This document shows positions 9,491-19,158 of a DNA stretch of 64,000 bases, in pieces. A program made the position numbers and the translations under genes. Position 1 is the first letter of the stretch. Each line of letters begins with the position of its first letter. The stretch lies in contig JBFMGU010000005.1 in NCBI GenBank assembly GCA_040752415.1, forward strand, positions 26,141-90,140. The letters run 5' to 3'. This DNA is from Myxococcota bacterium. Lineage in GTDB: Bacteria > Myxococcota > JACRCW01. Under the pieces are notes generated by a model. That model did not search any database, had not been told where the DNA came from, and saw only the letters and a list, made by a program, of their open reading frames with translations.

Positions 9491-10600
9491 ATGAGACGAG
9501 TGTCTGCCGCCGCCGCCTGCTTCCTTCTGCTGCTCGGCTGCAAGAAGGAGGAGGCCAAGCCCGCTGCCACCACGCCCGCCGCCCAGCCGGCCCAGCCGGC
9601 CCAGCCCGCCGAGCCCGCGCAGCCTGCCCAGCCCGCGCAGCCCACCGCCGCCGCGCCGGGGAAGAAGGAGTCGGATGACGCGTGCGTGGGCCCGCTGACC
9701 CAGAACGTGAAGGCCACGGTGGAGGTGGGCGGCGTCACCTATGAGCGCGACGGCGCCATCCTCAGGCGCACCGCCGCGGACCCGGATGACCAGTTCGTCT
9801 TCGGCGTCATCTCCGACATCAAGGAGGACGCGCCGGAGAACCTGGCCAACATCAAGGCCGCCACCGCGTTCTTCGCCGAGAACAAGGCGGACGCCATCCT
9901 CTTCCTGGGCGACAGCAGCGAGACCCAGGCCGGTGTCACCAAGGTGCTCTCCACCCTCGCGGAGAGTGGCCTGCCGGTGTTCGCCATCGTCGGCAACCGC
10001 GAGTGCAAGAGCCACTGGGTGGCCGGCATGGCCGAGGCGCAGAAGACCCACAAGAACCTGTTCGACTTCACCCAGATCCGCCTCTTCAACGCGGATGACG
10101 TCTCGGTGATCAGCATCCCGGGCTACCACAACCCCACCTACCTGCACTGCCCGGAAGGCTGCCGCTACTTCCCCTCCGACGTGGAGGCCACCGCGGCGCT
10201 GGTCAAGCAGGCCACCGGCACGCCCGTGCTCATCAGCCACGGTCCGCCCCGCCAGGAAGGCGCCACCGCCATTGACCGCATCCACGACGAGGCCAACGTG
10301 GGTGACCCCGCGCTCGCCGAGTTCATCCAGAAGAACAACATCCCGTTCGGCGCGTTCGGCAACATCGCGGAGGCGGGCGGCAAGGCCACCGACCTCGCCG
10401 GCAAGACGGTGATTGCGCCGGACACGCTGGCCAACAGCCTGTACCTGAACCCCGGCCCCGCCGACGCCATCCAGTGGCAGATGCTCGACGGCACCACCGC
10501 GCAGGGCATGGCCGCGGTGCTGACCATCAAGGGCAAGCAGGCGTCCTACAAGACCAAGCGCTTTGGCGCGCCCGCGCCGGCGGCGGCACCCAAGAAGTGA
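9491..10600 (+). CDS. Metallophosphoesterase-fold lipoprotein with degenerate metal motifs, 369 aa
   Basis: Lipobox LLGC, (PAQ)n linker, and calcineurin-like motifs SDIKE, LGD, GNRE, SHGPP, GNIAE. Confidence 0.75.
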   Translation: MRRVSAAAACFLLLLGCKKEEAKPAATTPAAQPAQPAQPAEPAQPAQPAQPTAAAPGKKESDDACVGPLTQNVKATVEVGGVTYERDGAILRRTAADPDDQFVFGVISDIKEDAPENLANIKAATAFFAENKADAILFLGDSSETQAGVTKVLSTLAESGLPVFAIVGNRECKSHWVAGMAEAQKTHKNLFDFTQIRLFNADDVSVISIPGYHNPTYLHCPEGCRYFPSDVEATAALVKQATGTPVLISHGPPRQEGATAIDRIHDEANVGDPALAEFIQKNNIPFGAFGNIAEAGGKATDLAGKTVIAPDTLANSLYLNPGPADAIQWQMLDGTTAQGMAAVLTIKGKQASYKTKRFGAPAPAAAPKK

Positions 10601-10628
10601 TCACCACGCGCACCCGGGGGCGGCGCTC

Positions 10629-10925
10629 ATGTCCGACGCGTTCCTGATCGCCGCGCTCTGGGGTGCCAGCGTCCTCTTCTCCGTCACCATCAGCCAGGAC
10701 ATGGCCAAGCGCCGCAAGCGGGACGCGGAGCTGTGGCTTCTCCTCGCCGCGTTCATCGGCCCGGTCGCCCCGGCGGTCCTCTACTACCTGGGAGAGGCCC
10801 AGCCGGCGTCGCGGGAGCAGCAGGTGAAGACGGCGCGGATGGCGTCGCTGGTCTCCACCGTGTTGGCGCTGGCGCTGGTGCTTCTCCTCGTGGTGCCCAT
10901 GTTCCGGTACTGTTTCCGGATCTGA
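10629..10925 (+). CDS. Small membrane protein, 98 aa
   Basis: Three hydrophobic segments and typical codon usage. Confidence 0.65.
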   Translation: MSDAFLIAALWGASVLFSVTISQDMAKRRKRDAELWLLLAAFIGPVAPAVLYYLGEAQPASREQQVKTARMASLVSTVLALALVLLLVVPMFRYCFRI

Positions 10926-11001
10926 GTCGGCGCGGCTTGGAGTAGATTCCCCGGCCGCCGGCGCGCGCTTCCTCCTCGTGCACGGCCAGAGGCCAGCCGC
11001 C

Positions 11002-12675
11002 ATGGAACAGGTGCCACCCAAGCCACTTGCCCGCGCGTTGGTCCTGGCGGGCCTGCTGGGCGCCGCGGTGGCCGGTGCCCAGGAGGCCGCCCCTCCCGTC
11101 GAGAGTGCGCCCGCTCCCGCGCCGCAGGCGCCCGCCGCCGCCGCGCCGCGTGCACCCGCTGCCGCGCCCCGTCCGCCCCGTCCCAAGACCGGCGTGGAGC
11201 TGCGGGAACGCGTGGCCGCGCTGACCGCCGCGGCCGACTACGAGGGTCTGTGGGCCACGTGCAGGGACCTCAAGTCCGAGCAGTTCCCCGACGAGCCCGC
11301 GGCCGGACCGCTCATCCACCTGTGTCGGGGTCGCGGACTGCAGGGCCGCGGGGACCGCGCGGGCGCGCGCGTGGCGTATGAGACGGTGATTGCGGAGGCC
11401 AGTCGGGTGAGTGGTGGCGCCACGCAGGCGCGACAGGCGCGGAGTGAGGCGCGCTACCGCCTGGGTGAGCTGGCGGAGGCCCAGTTCCAGGACTACCCGC
11501 TGTGCCTGCGGGACCTGGGCATCACCTGGGCGTCGCGCGCGGAGGCGCGAGAGAAGGTGGCACGGCTGCGGGCGGCGGAGCGCGCGTACCAGGACACGTT
11601 GAACGTCTCGGTGAATCCGTGGCCGGGCCGCGCGGCGTTCCGCATCACGGCCATGCACCTGCACTTCTACCAGGAGGTCGGTCGAAGGACGGCGATGACC
11701 TACCGCGGACTGCGTGGCCCGCCCCCGCTGGCCAGCGCGCGCGTGGAGGCCGCCGACGAGGCCCTGGCCCTGGTGTTGGACCCGCGCAAGGCCCGCTGGC
11801 CCCGCGCCATGGAGGACGCGCTCAACGGAGCGGTCTCCCGCGCGGAGCGTGATGGCGACGATCCGGACCTGCTCTCCGCCGCACGTGAGCTGCTGACGGA
11901 GGCCAAGGCCGCGCAGGATGCGCCACGGGCTCCGGTGAGCGCCCCGTGGCCGGCCCGTCGTGGCAATGACCGCGGGTGGCGCAACCTCACCGCGGACCGA
12001 GACGAGGTGATCTACGTCCTCCCCGACGGCACGGAGCGTCGGGAGCCCATCCTGGTGGCGGGGAAGGTGCTGGCGGAGGTGGTGAAGGGCGGGACCGCGG
12101 AGCGCTTTGCGCCGGAGGCCGCCGTGGCGCTGGGCACGGGAGGCTACCGCGCGGCCATGCCGGTGCTGGTTGCCGCCGCCACCGGCCCCGACGAGGAGCT
12201 GGCGGTGGCCGCGGTGTTCGCGCTGGGGGAGATGGGCACCGCCACGGAGCTGCCCACGCTCTTGAACGTGTACGCGGAGGCCACCGCTCCCGGCGACCTG
12301 CCGGAGCCCTTCGAGACGCCCGCCAGCGCGCTGTTTGGCATGCGGGAGCGCACGCTGGAGGCGCTCATCAAGATCGGCCGGCGGGAGCCGCGCGCGGTGG
12401 AGACGCTGCATCGTGCCACGCAGCTGCCCCGGCGGGAGGCGGCGTATGTGCAGTCGCAGGTGGCCCACAAGGACCTGCGCGCGGTCTACCAGGAGCTGGC
12501 CCGCGACCCCGACGACGCCACCGCCGTCCACGGCGTGCTGGGTATGGCCAGCCTGAGCCTGGTGGAGGCCTCGCAGGCCGCCGACGCGCTGGCCGCCCGC
12601 CGGCAGACCTGTTGGGCGCAGCATCTCCAGGCCCTGCTCAAGGAGGAGCGGAAGGGACTGGAGTCCCGACGCTGA
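11002..12675 (+). CDS. Secreted TPR/HEAT-repeat protein, ~557 aa
   Basis: Signal peptide (AGA-QE), Pro/Ala linker, TPR-like helices, HEAT-like AAVALG and AAVFALGEMG. Confidence 0.7.
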   Translation: MEQVPPKPLARALVLAGLLGAAVAGAQEAAPPVESAPAPAPQAPAAAAPRAPAAAPRPPRPKTGVELRERVAALTAAADYEGLWATCRDLKSEQFPDEPAAGPLIHLCRGRGLQGRGDRAGARVAYETVIAEASRVSGGATQARQARSEARYRLGELAEAQFQDYPLCLRDLGITWASRAEAREKVARLRAAERAYQDTLNVSVNPWPGRAAFRITAMHLHFYQEVGRRTAMTYRGLRGPPPLASARVEAADEALALVLDPRKARWPRAMEDALNGAVSRAERDGDDPDLLSAARELLTEAKAAQDAPRAPVSAPWPARRGNDRGWRNLTADRDEVIYVLPDGTERREPILVAGKVLAEVVKGGTAERFAPEAAVALGTGGYRAAMPVLVAAATGPDEELAVAAVFALGEMGTATELPTLLNVYAEATAPGDLPEPFETPASALFGMRERTLEALIKIGRREPRAVETLHRATQLPRREAAYVQSQVAHKDLRAVYQELARDPDDATAVHGVLGMASLSLVEASQAADALAARRQTCWAQHLQALLKEERKGLESRR

Positions 12676-12746
12676 TCTGGGTTGATGTGGGCACCCCTTT
12701 GCTGCTACGTGCCCGCTCCCCTTTTTTCCAGGCGCAGGAGGCTCCG

Positions 12747-12881
12747 GTGCCCTCTCCCACCAGTCACACCGAGACCGTTCGCAAGAGCAAGAAGCACAGC
12801 CGCGGCCGCAAGCGGAAGAACGCGCTGCAGAACCACGGCACCACCAAGAGCCAGAAGGAACTGTTCAAGAAGGTGTCCTGA
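12747..12881 (+). CDS. Small Lys/Arg-rich protein, 44 aa (MPSPTSHTETVRKSKKHSRGRKRKNALQNHGTTKSQKELFKKVS)
   Basis: AGGAGG RBS 5 nt before GTG 12747. Strongly biased codons (AAG, CGC, ACC). Confidence 0.7.
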   Translation: MPSPTSHTETVRKSKKHSRGRKRKNALQNHGTTKSQKELFKKVS

Positions 12882-13198
12882 CCCACGCGCGTCGGCGGAC
12901 GCGGGAGCCCTTCTCAATCCGGGGCTCCCCCCGCCGCGACGACGGTGGTCATCCCTCCCTGGATCTCCTGCAGGCGTCCGTTCCCGGAGCCCCTCCGTGA
13001 GCGGGCGCTCGAGGCGTTCGACGCGCTCACTCAACGGACGCCACGCCGTTGCTCCGTCGCGCTCCCGCCACACGCTCCGGCCCGGCCCCCTACCGCCACC
13101 AACGCAGAGCCCCGACGCAGCGGAACGGCGCCAGCGGCCAGCAAGGTCGGGGCTTGGTGCCTTTGCAGACGCGGCCTCGGCCGCCGCCGGTCGTTTTC

Positions 13199-13305
13199 TG
13201 GTCCCAGGTCCCAGGTCCCAGCTCCCAGGTCCCTGCACGACCGCGCTCTCCCTCGTCGTCGCGACGGCCCCTGGCACCCGAATCGACCGCGCTCCCCTCG
13301 TCGTC
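13199..13305. repeat. Intergenic heptamer tandem repeat (GTCCCAG)n followed by two direct copies of GACCGCGCTC(T)CCCTCGTCGTC
   Basis: About 4-5 heptamer units at 13199-13233. Direct repeats at 13239-13260 and 13285-13305. Confidence 0.7.
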
Positions 13306-13374
13306 ACCGTGGTCCGGCCCTGGTGCAGCAGGCCCTCCCCAGCGTGGGCACCGGCGGAACGGCGCAGGAACGAC

Positions 13375-13409
13375 AAAGCCCCGCCAGGGATCACCCCAAC
13401 AGGGCTTTT
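13375..13409 (-). terminator. Intrinsic terminator, possibly bidirectional, downstream of the FYDLN gene
   Basis: AAAGCCC...GGGCTTT stem with T runs on both strands. Confidence 0.6.
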
Positions 13410-13472
13410 CGCGCGCAGGAATGCCAGGCCCTGGCGTCGGGGCCACGGAGCTCTGCCCTCGGAGCCGAGGGA

Positions 13473-13763
13473 TCAGATCTCCTCGTCCACGCCCAGGTCC
13501 TCGGGCTCTTCCTCTTCGACGTCGCCGTCGTCGTCGTTCACCAGCTCGTCCACGTCGGCCTCAAAGGACTCGTTCTCGAACTCCTCGGTGAACGCGTCCT
13601 CCTTGGCCTCCTTGCGGGAGCCCTTCTCGGCGGCCTTCAGCGCGGGGTCCTCGCGCGGGTCGGCGCCACACTTGGGGCACTTGGGCTCGGGCTTCTTGAG
13701 GTCGTAGTACTTGGCCGAGCACGAGAAGCAGGTGTACTTGGTGCCAAACTTGGGATGAATCAT
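13473..13763 (-). CDS. FYDLN acid domain protein (TIGR02300-like zinc ribbon with acidic tail), 96 aa
   Basis: GTKYTCFSCSAKYYDLKK...CPKCG followed by an Asp/Glu-rich C-terminus. Confidence 0.85.
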   Translation of the reverse strand: MIHPKFGTKYTCFSCSAKYYDLKKPEPKCPKCGADPREDPALKAAEKGSRKEAKEDAFTEEFENESFEADVDELVNDDDGDVEEEEPEDLGVDEEI

Positions 13764-13886
13764 CAGGTTATCCTGTAGGCATCTCCGACGTCACAGCCGT
13801 CTGCGGTGTGGCGCGGGGGCCGTAAAACGGGCGCCTCTTGGCATGGGCCACTCTGGCCTGTCAACGCGCTCCTGAGGAGCAGGCCC

Positions 13887-15545
13887 GTGCCAAGGAAGGA
13901 CGCCAATCTGCAGTTCGACCACCTGGTGCTCGGCAGTGGAATCGCCGGCCTCAGCTTTGCCCTGGAAGCCGCCCGCCACGGCACGGTGGCCATCATGACC
14001 AAGCGCCGCGTGGATGACTGCGCCAGCGCCTGGGCCCAGGGCGGCATTGCCGCGGTGGTGGGCCCCCATGACTCCTTTGATGACCACGTGGCCGACACCC
14101 TGGAAGCCGGCGCCGGCCTCTGCAACCCGCGCACGGTGGCCTTTGTGGTGGAGCGCGGACCGGAGGCCATCCAGTTCCTCACCCAGCTGGGAGTGAAGTT
14201 CGCGCGCACCAACAAAGCGGCGGAGTGGGACCTGGCCAGGGAGGGTGGGCATCACAAGCGTCGGGTGCTTCATGCCGGAGACATCACCGGCCAGGAGATC
14301 ATCCGCGGTCTAACGGCGGCCTGCCGGCGCCACAAGGGGATCCATTTCTTCGAGGATCACCACGCGGTGGACCTCATCACCGCACGCAAGCTCGGCCACG
14401 AGAAGGACCGGTGCCTGGGCGCCTACGTCCTCGACACGCGCAGCGGCCGCGTGCTCACGGTGGAGGCCCGGCGCAGCGTGGTGCTGGCCACCGGCGGCGC
14501 CGGCAAGACCTACCTCTACACCTCCAACCCCGACACGGCCTCCGGCGACGGCATTGCCATGGCCTGGCGCGCCGGCGCCCCGGTGGCGGACCTGGAGTTC
14601 ATCCAGTTCCACCCCACCTGCCTCTACCACCCGGAGGCCAAGAGCTTCCTCATCAGTGAGGCGCTGCGTGGAGAGGGCGGCATCCTCAAGCGTCGCGACG
14701 GCACGCGCTTCATGGACGGCGTGCACCCCCTGGGCTCCCTGGCGCCGCGTGACGTCGTGGCCCGCGCCATCGACGCCGAGCTCAAGCGCACCGGCGACGA
14801 CTGCGTCTACCTGGACATGACGCACAAGAGCCGCGCGTTCCTGCGTCGCCGCTTCCCCAACATCTACGAGCGGTGCCTGCAGTACGGCATTGACATGTCG
14901 CGCCAACCCATCCCGGTGGTGCCGGCGGCGCACTACATCTGCGGTGGCGTCGTCACGGACCTGCAGGGACGCACGGCCATCCCCGGCCTCTACGCCGTGG
15001 GAGAGACCGCGTGCACGGGCCTGCACGGTGCCAACCGCCTGGCCTCCAACAGCCTGCTGGAGGGCGTGGTGTTCGCGCGCGCCGCCGCCATCGACGTGGA
15101 AGCGCTCAGGCCCCGGGCGCACGTGCGGGTGCCGGAGTGGAACCCGGGTGCCTCCGTCCCCCAGGACGAGAAGGTGATGGTCACGCAGAACTGGGAAGAG
15201 ATCCGCCGGTTGATGTGGAACTTCGTGGGCATCGTGCGCAGCGACAAGCGCCTGGAGCGCGCCCGACGTCGCCTGGTGATGATGAAGCAGGAGATCCAGG
15301 AGTACTACTGGGCCTGGCACGTCGACCGCGACCTCATCGAGCTGCGCAACCTGCAGGCGGTGGCGGACCTCATTGTGCGGTGCGCGCAGGCGCGTCGGGA
15401 GAGCCGCGGGCTGCACTACAACCTGGATTGTCCCGAGAAGGATGACCTGGTCTGGGGCACGCGCGACACGGTGCTGATGCGTGGTCGCGAGGGGCCGCTG
15501 ATGCGGGTCCGCGCGGGCGAGGCGTTTCCGGACAAGTTGGCCTGA
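13887..15545 (+). CDS. nadB: L-aspartate oxidase, 552 aa
   Basis: GSGIAG FAD motif, WAQGGIAAV, EGGH, QFHPT, SEALRGEG, HGANRLASNSLLE, ESRGLHY. GAGGAG RBS before GTG 13887. Confidence 0.95.
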   Translation: MPRKDANLQFDHLVLGSGIAGLSFALEAARHGTVAIMTKRRVDDCASAWAQGGIAAVVGPHDSFDDHVADTLEAGAGLCNPRTVAFVVERGPEAIQFLTQLGVKFARTNKAAEWDLAREGGHHKRRVLHAGDITGQEIIRGLTAACRRHKGIHFFEDHHAVDLITARKLGHEKDRCLGAYVLDTRSGRVLTVEARRSVVLATGGAGKTYLYTSNPDTASGDGIAMAWRAGAPVADLEFIQFHPTCLYHPEAKSFLISEALRGEGGILKRRDGTRFMDGVHPLGSLAPRDVVARAIDAELKRTGDDCVYLDMTHKSRAFLRRRFPNIYERCLQYGIDMSRQPIPVVPAAHYICGGVVTDLQGRTAIPGLYAVGETACTGLHGANRLASNSLLEGVVFARAAAIDVEALRPRAHVRVPEWNPGASVPQDEKVMVTQNWEEIRRLMWNFVGIVRSDKRLERARRRLVMMKQEIQEYYWAWHVDRDLIELRNLQAVADLIVRCAQARRESRGLHYNLDCPEKDDLVWGTRDTVLMRGREGPLMRVRAGEAFPDKLA

Positions 15546-15563
15546 TGGAACACGGTGGTCCGC

Positions 15564-15662
15564 AAAGGAAGTCAGGAGTCAGAAGTCAGAATGGGCTGGC
15601 CCCCGGTCCCTCCGTCGTCAAACACGACCTCTCCTTCTGACTTCTGACTCCTGACTTCCTTT
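15564..15662. repeat. Perfect 28-bp inverted repeat built from AGTCAG(A/G) heptamers
   Basis: AAAGGAAGTCAGGAGTCAGAAGTCAGAA at 15564-15591 and its exact reverse complement at 15635-15662, with a 43-bp spacer. Confidence 0.9.
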
Positions 15663-15683
15663 TCGGCCTCCTTGGGAGCCCCC

Positions 15684-16556
15684 ATGCACTTCGACTGGCG
15701 CCAGATCTTCGACCAGGTGCAAGCCCAGATCGTCTCCTCCGGCCTGCGCATCATGGGCCTGATGTTCATCCTCTTCGTGGTGCTGCGGTCCACCGGCTGG
15801 GTCACCCGCAAGGTCCTCAACCGCAGCAGCAAGGACGGGGATGTCGACGAGGATCAGCGCCGCCTCAACACCATTGCCGCGGTGGTGGCGGCGGTGCTGC
15901 GCTTTGCCGTGCTGGTGGTGGGCACCATCATGCTGCTGCAGGAGGTGGGCTTTGACGTCGGGCCGCTGATTGCCTCCGCCGGTATCCTCGGCGTGGCGGT
16001 GGGCTTTGGCAGCCAGCAGCTGGTCAAGGACTTCCTCACCGGCTTCTTCATCCTGATGGAGAACCAGTACCGCGTGGGCGACAGCGTCAAGCTCGCCGGG
16101 TGCGAGGGCGTGGTGGAGCAGATCACGCTGCGCACCACTTGGATCCGCGACCTCTCCGGCTCCATGTTCATCATCCCCAACAGCAAGATCGACGTCGTCA
16201 CCAACCAGACCTTCGACTGGGCGCGCGCCGTGGTGGAGGTGGGCTTCTCCTACGCCGCCAACCTGGATGACGCGGTGAAGCGCCTGCAGGAGGTCCTGGC
16301 CAGCATGCAGAACGACCCGGCCTGGAAGGACACGCTCCTGGACGCCGGAGCCGTCAACTGCGTGGAGCGGCTGGACCCGGGGGCGGTGGTGCTGCGTGTC
16401 GTCGTCAAGACGCGCGCGCTCAAGCAGTGGGGCGTCCAGCGGGAGCTGCGCAAGCGCATTGTGGAGAAGCTGGGCCAGGGAGAGTTCCAGGGCCTGGTCC
16501 GACAGCCCGCCGCGCCGCTCGCTGCCGCCAAGGACGTCTACAAGATCGCCAGCTGA
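15684..16556 (+). CDS. mscS: Small-conductance mechanosensitive channel (MscS family), 290 aa
   Basis: AGILGVAVGFGSQQLVKDFLTGFFILMENQYRVGD, G.VEQITLRTT, IPNS. Confidence 0.9.
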   Translation: MHFDWRQIFDQVQAQIVSSGLRIMGLMFILFVVLRSTGWVTRKVLNRSSKDGDVDEDQRRLNTIAAVVAAVLRFAVLVVGTIMLLQEVGFDVGPLIASAGILGVAVGFGSQQLVKDFLTGFFILMENQYRVGDSVKLAGCEGVVEQITLRTTWIRDLSGSMFIIPNSKIDVVTNQTFDWARAVVEVGFSYAANLDDAVKRLQEVLASMQNDPAWKDTLLDAGAVNCVERLDPGAVVLRVVVKTRALKQWGVQRELRKRIVEKLGQGEFQGLVRQPAAPLAAAKDVYKIAS

Positions 16557-16882
16557 TCACCGTCGCGGATCCGGGTCGATCACGTCGTCACCTGGTGCGC
16601 GCGTGTCGCATCCGCCACCCGGCCGACCCCGCGGAAGCGCCGCGTGAGCAACTCCTCCGCACCGCCCCACGACACTGGTTCGAGCACGTTTCTCGTCGTC
16701 ACACGCGCGCGGAACCCCGGCCAACGCCCATGTGGGACAACCTGGGACACGCTCGCATCAGCACGTTCGACGGTGGGACAGCCTCCCATCGTCCACCCTT
16801 CCATCACCCTCCAGATAGCGGAGGGGTCTGGCGCTCCGTCGTCCTTACAACTGCAGGCGTTGTGGGGGCACGGAGGAGCGAC

Positions 16883-18076
16883 ATGCACAGCGCGCGGATG
16901 GTTGTGACGGCGGCGGTCCTGGTGCTTGGTGGTTGCGTGGTGTCGGCGGAGAGCGTGGATGCGGAGGCGGGCGCGCCGGCGGTGGCGCCCCAGAAGGAGG
17001 CTCCGGTCATCGTGGGCAACGTGGACTGGGTGGAGGCGGGGAGCCTGCCCACCAGCAATCCGCGTCGCCAGGTGGCCAGCGCGGTGGCGTACCTCTCGCT
17101 GCCCGCCAAGGGCACGCGCTGCACCGGCTTCCTCATCACGGCCGACGTGCTCATGACCAACCACCACTGCGTCTCCCGCGCGCAGGACGCGGCGCAGGCC
17201 TACGCGATCTTCGACTACATGGCCGGCGTCCCCGACAGCCTGCGTGAGTACGTGGACTGCTCCGAGTTCCTGGGCGCGGACAGCACGCTGGACATGGCGC
17301 TGCTGCGCTGCACGGACCGCCCGGGCGACCGCCACGGCGTCGTTTCCCTGAGCGAGTCCACCCCCGCCTCCGGCGACGACATCTACGTGGTGCACCAGAA
17401 CTGCGACTACTACAGCAGCCCCTCCTGCGACCCGTCCAAGAAGGTCTCCGACGGCACGGTCACCGCGCGCAGCAACCTGGAGATCACCTATGACGCCGAC
17501 ACGCTGGGCGGCAGCTCCGGCGCCGCGGTGTTCAACGCGCAGAACCAGGTCATTGCGCTGCACCACGTGGGCCTGGGTGGCAACGGCATGGGCCGCGGGA
17601 CGGGCAACAAGGGCGTGCGCATGAGCCGCATCCTCCCCGTGCTGCGCGACCAGTACGCGTTCATCTTCAACAGCGCTCCGCCGGCCAACCCGCCCGCGCA
17701 GCCCACCGAGCCCACCGAGCCCACCACGCCGCCCGCGCCCGCCGCGGACTTCGAGCCCAACAACGACGCCAACAGCGCGCCCACGGTGGCCCTGCCCTTC
17801 TCCGCCAGCGGCCTGCAGCTCACCGCCAATGACCGCGACATGTTCCGCGTGGAGCTGACCGGCTCACACAACCTGCGCGTGCACATGGCCTTCTCCCACG
17901 CCGCGGGCGACCTGGACCTCTACGTCTACGCCGACGGCAACAGCAGCCCCATTGCGCAGAGCATTGGCGTGACCGACACGGAGGACATCCAGGTCTCGCT
18001 CGGCGCGGGCACCTACTTCGTGATGGCCATTCCGTACGGCGGCGCCACCGGCAGCTACAGCCTCAGCATCGAGTGA
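16883..18076 (+). CDS. Secreted trypsin-like serine protease with a C-terminal PPC domain, 397 aa
   Basis: Lipobox-like LGGC. Catalytic triad motifs TNHHC, DMALL, GGSSGA. EPNND...GDLDLYVY PPC domain. GGAGG RBS. Confidence 0.9.
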   Translation: MHSARMVVTAAVLVLGGCVVSAESVDAEAGAPAVAPQKEAPVIVGNVDWVEAGSLPTSNPRRQVASAVAYLSLPAKGTRCTGFLITADVLMTNHHCVSRAQDAAQAYAIFDYMAGVPDSLREYVDCSEFLGADSTLDMALLRCTDRPGDRHGVVSLSESTPASGDDIYVVHQNCDYYSSPSCDPSKKVSDGTVTARSNLEITYDADTLGGSSGAAVFNAQNQVIALHHVGLGGNGMGRGTGNKGVRMSRILPVLRDQYAFIFNSAPPANPPAQPTEPTEPTTPPAPAADFEPNNDANSAPTVALPFSASGLQLTANDRDMFRVELTGSHNLRVHMAFSHAAGDLDLYVYADGNSSPIAQSIGVTDTEDIQVSLGAGTYFVMAIPYGGATGSYSLSIE

Positions 18077-18174
18077 GCTTGGGCCACCCCCTCGTGGCGC
18101 GGACATTCCTGTCTGTGACGGCGCCACAGCCCATCCCGTAACGCCCACGCGCGGGTCCGTGCTACGGCGCGCCC

Positions 18175-19047
18175 ATGACGCACGTGGCATGGCGCATCCA
18201 CCTGGCCCTGGTGACGGTGCAGCTCTTGTTCGGGAGCTGGCCGGTGTTCGGCAAGGTGGCGCTGCGAGCCATCCCGGGTCCCGCGTTGATCGGCGTGCGC
18301 ACCTCGCTGGCCGCCCTGGTCTTCTTCCTCCTGCGACCGGAAACCAAGGCCTCCCTCGACCGGCGCACCCACGCGGGGCTCGCGTTGGCGGGGCTGCTGG
18401 GCGTCACCATCAACCAGCTGCTCTTCATTGAGGGCTTGAGCCGCAGCGGCGCCGTCAACAGCACCGTGCTGGCGACGACGATCCCCGTCTTCACGCTCCT
18501 CTTCTCGCTCGTGCTGGGCACCGAGCGCTCCACCGCACGCAAGGGCGTGGGGATGGGGTTGGCCTTCCTGGGCGCGCTGGTGGTGACCGGCGTGGACCGC
18601 CTCACCTGGGGCGACGAGCTGGTCACCGGCAACCTGCTGCTCCTCGCCAACTCCGCCGCGTACGCGCTGTACCTGATCCTCGCCCGTCGACTGGCCGCGC
18701 GCGTGGCGCCGCTGGAGATGGTGCCGTGGGTGTTCTTCTACGGCGCGCTGTTCACGCTCCCCGTCGCCATTCCCAGCATGCTGGCCAGCTCCCTCCCCGA
18801 GCCCACCGCGCTGCTCACGCTCAATCTCGTGTACATCGTCCTGGGCGCCACCGTGGGCACCTACTGGCTCAACGCGGTGGCCCTGCGGGACGCGCCTCCG
18901 TCCCTGGTGGCGGTCTACATCTACCTGCAGCCCGTCGTGGCGGCCCTGCTGGCGCTGCCGGTGCTGGGCGAGGTTCCGTCGTGGCGGGTGCTGGTGGGCG
19001 GCCTGGCCATTTTTGCGGGCGTCACCCTGAGCACGCGTCGGTCCTGA
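18175..19047 (+). CDS. DMT/EamA-family transporter, 290 aa
   Basis: About ten TM helices in two repeats, with YIYLQPVVA...LGE. Confidence 0.9.
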   Translation: MTHVAWRIHLALVTVQLLFGSWPVFGKVALRAIPGPALIGVRTSLAALVFFLLRPETKASLDRRTHAGLALAGLLGVTINQLLFIEGLSRSGAVNSTVLATTIPVFTLLFSLVLGTERSTARKGVGMGLAFLGALVVTGVDRLTWGDELVTGNLLLLANSAAYALYLILARRLAARVAPLEMVPWVFFYGALFTLPVAIPSMLASSLPEPTALLTLNLVYIVLGATVGTYWLNAVALRDAPPSLVAVYIYLQPVVAALLALPVLGEVPSWRVLVGGLAIFAGVTLSTRRS

Positions 19048-19158
19048 CGCATTGCACCGCCCCCGCCAAGGGCCGCGTTGACGTCATTGCGCTACCCAAG
19101 GGGTGCCGTTAGGGTGCGCGCGCTTTTCCGAGCCCGGGTTCCCACGAGGTCTGAACAG

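Noticed and set aside
13239..13305. Two ~22-bp direct repeats as a mini-CRISPR
   Set aside because: Only two imperfect copies, a short gap and no cas genes or leader.
12705..13394. 229-aa minus-strand ORF and overlapping plus-strand ORFs in the intergenic gap
   Set aside because: Arg/Pro/Gly-rich, no codon bias, crosses repeats and a terminator, and overlaps the better-supported 44-aa gene.
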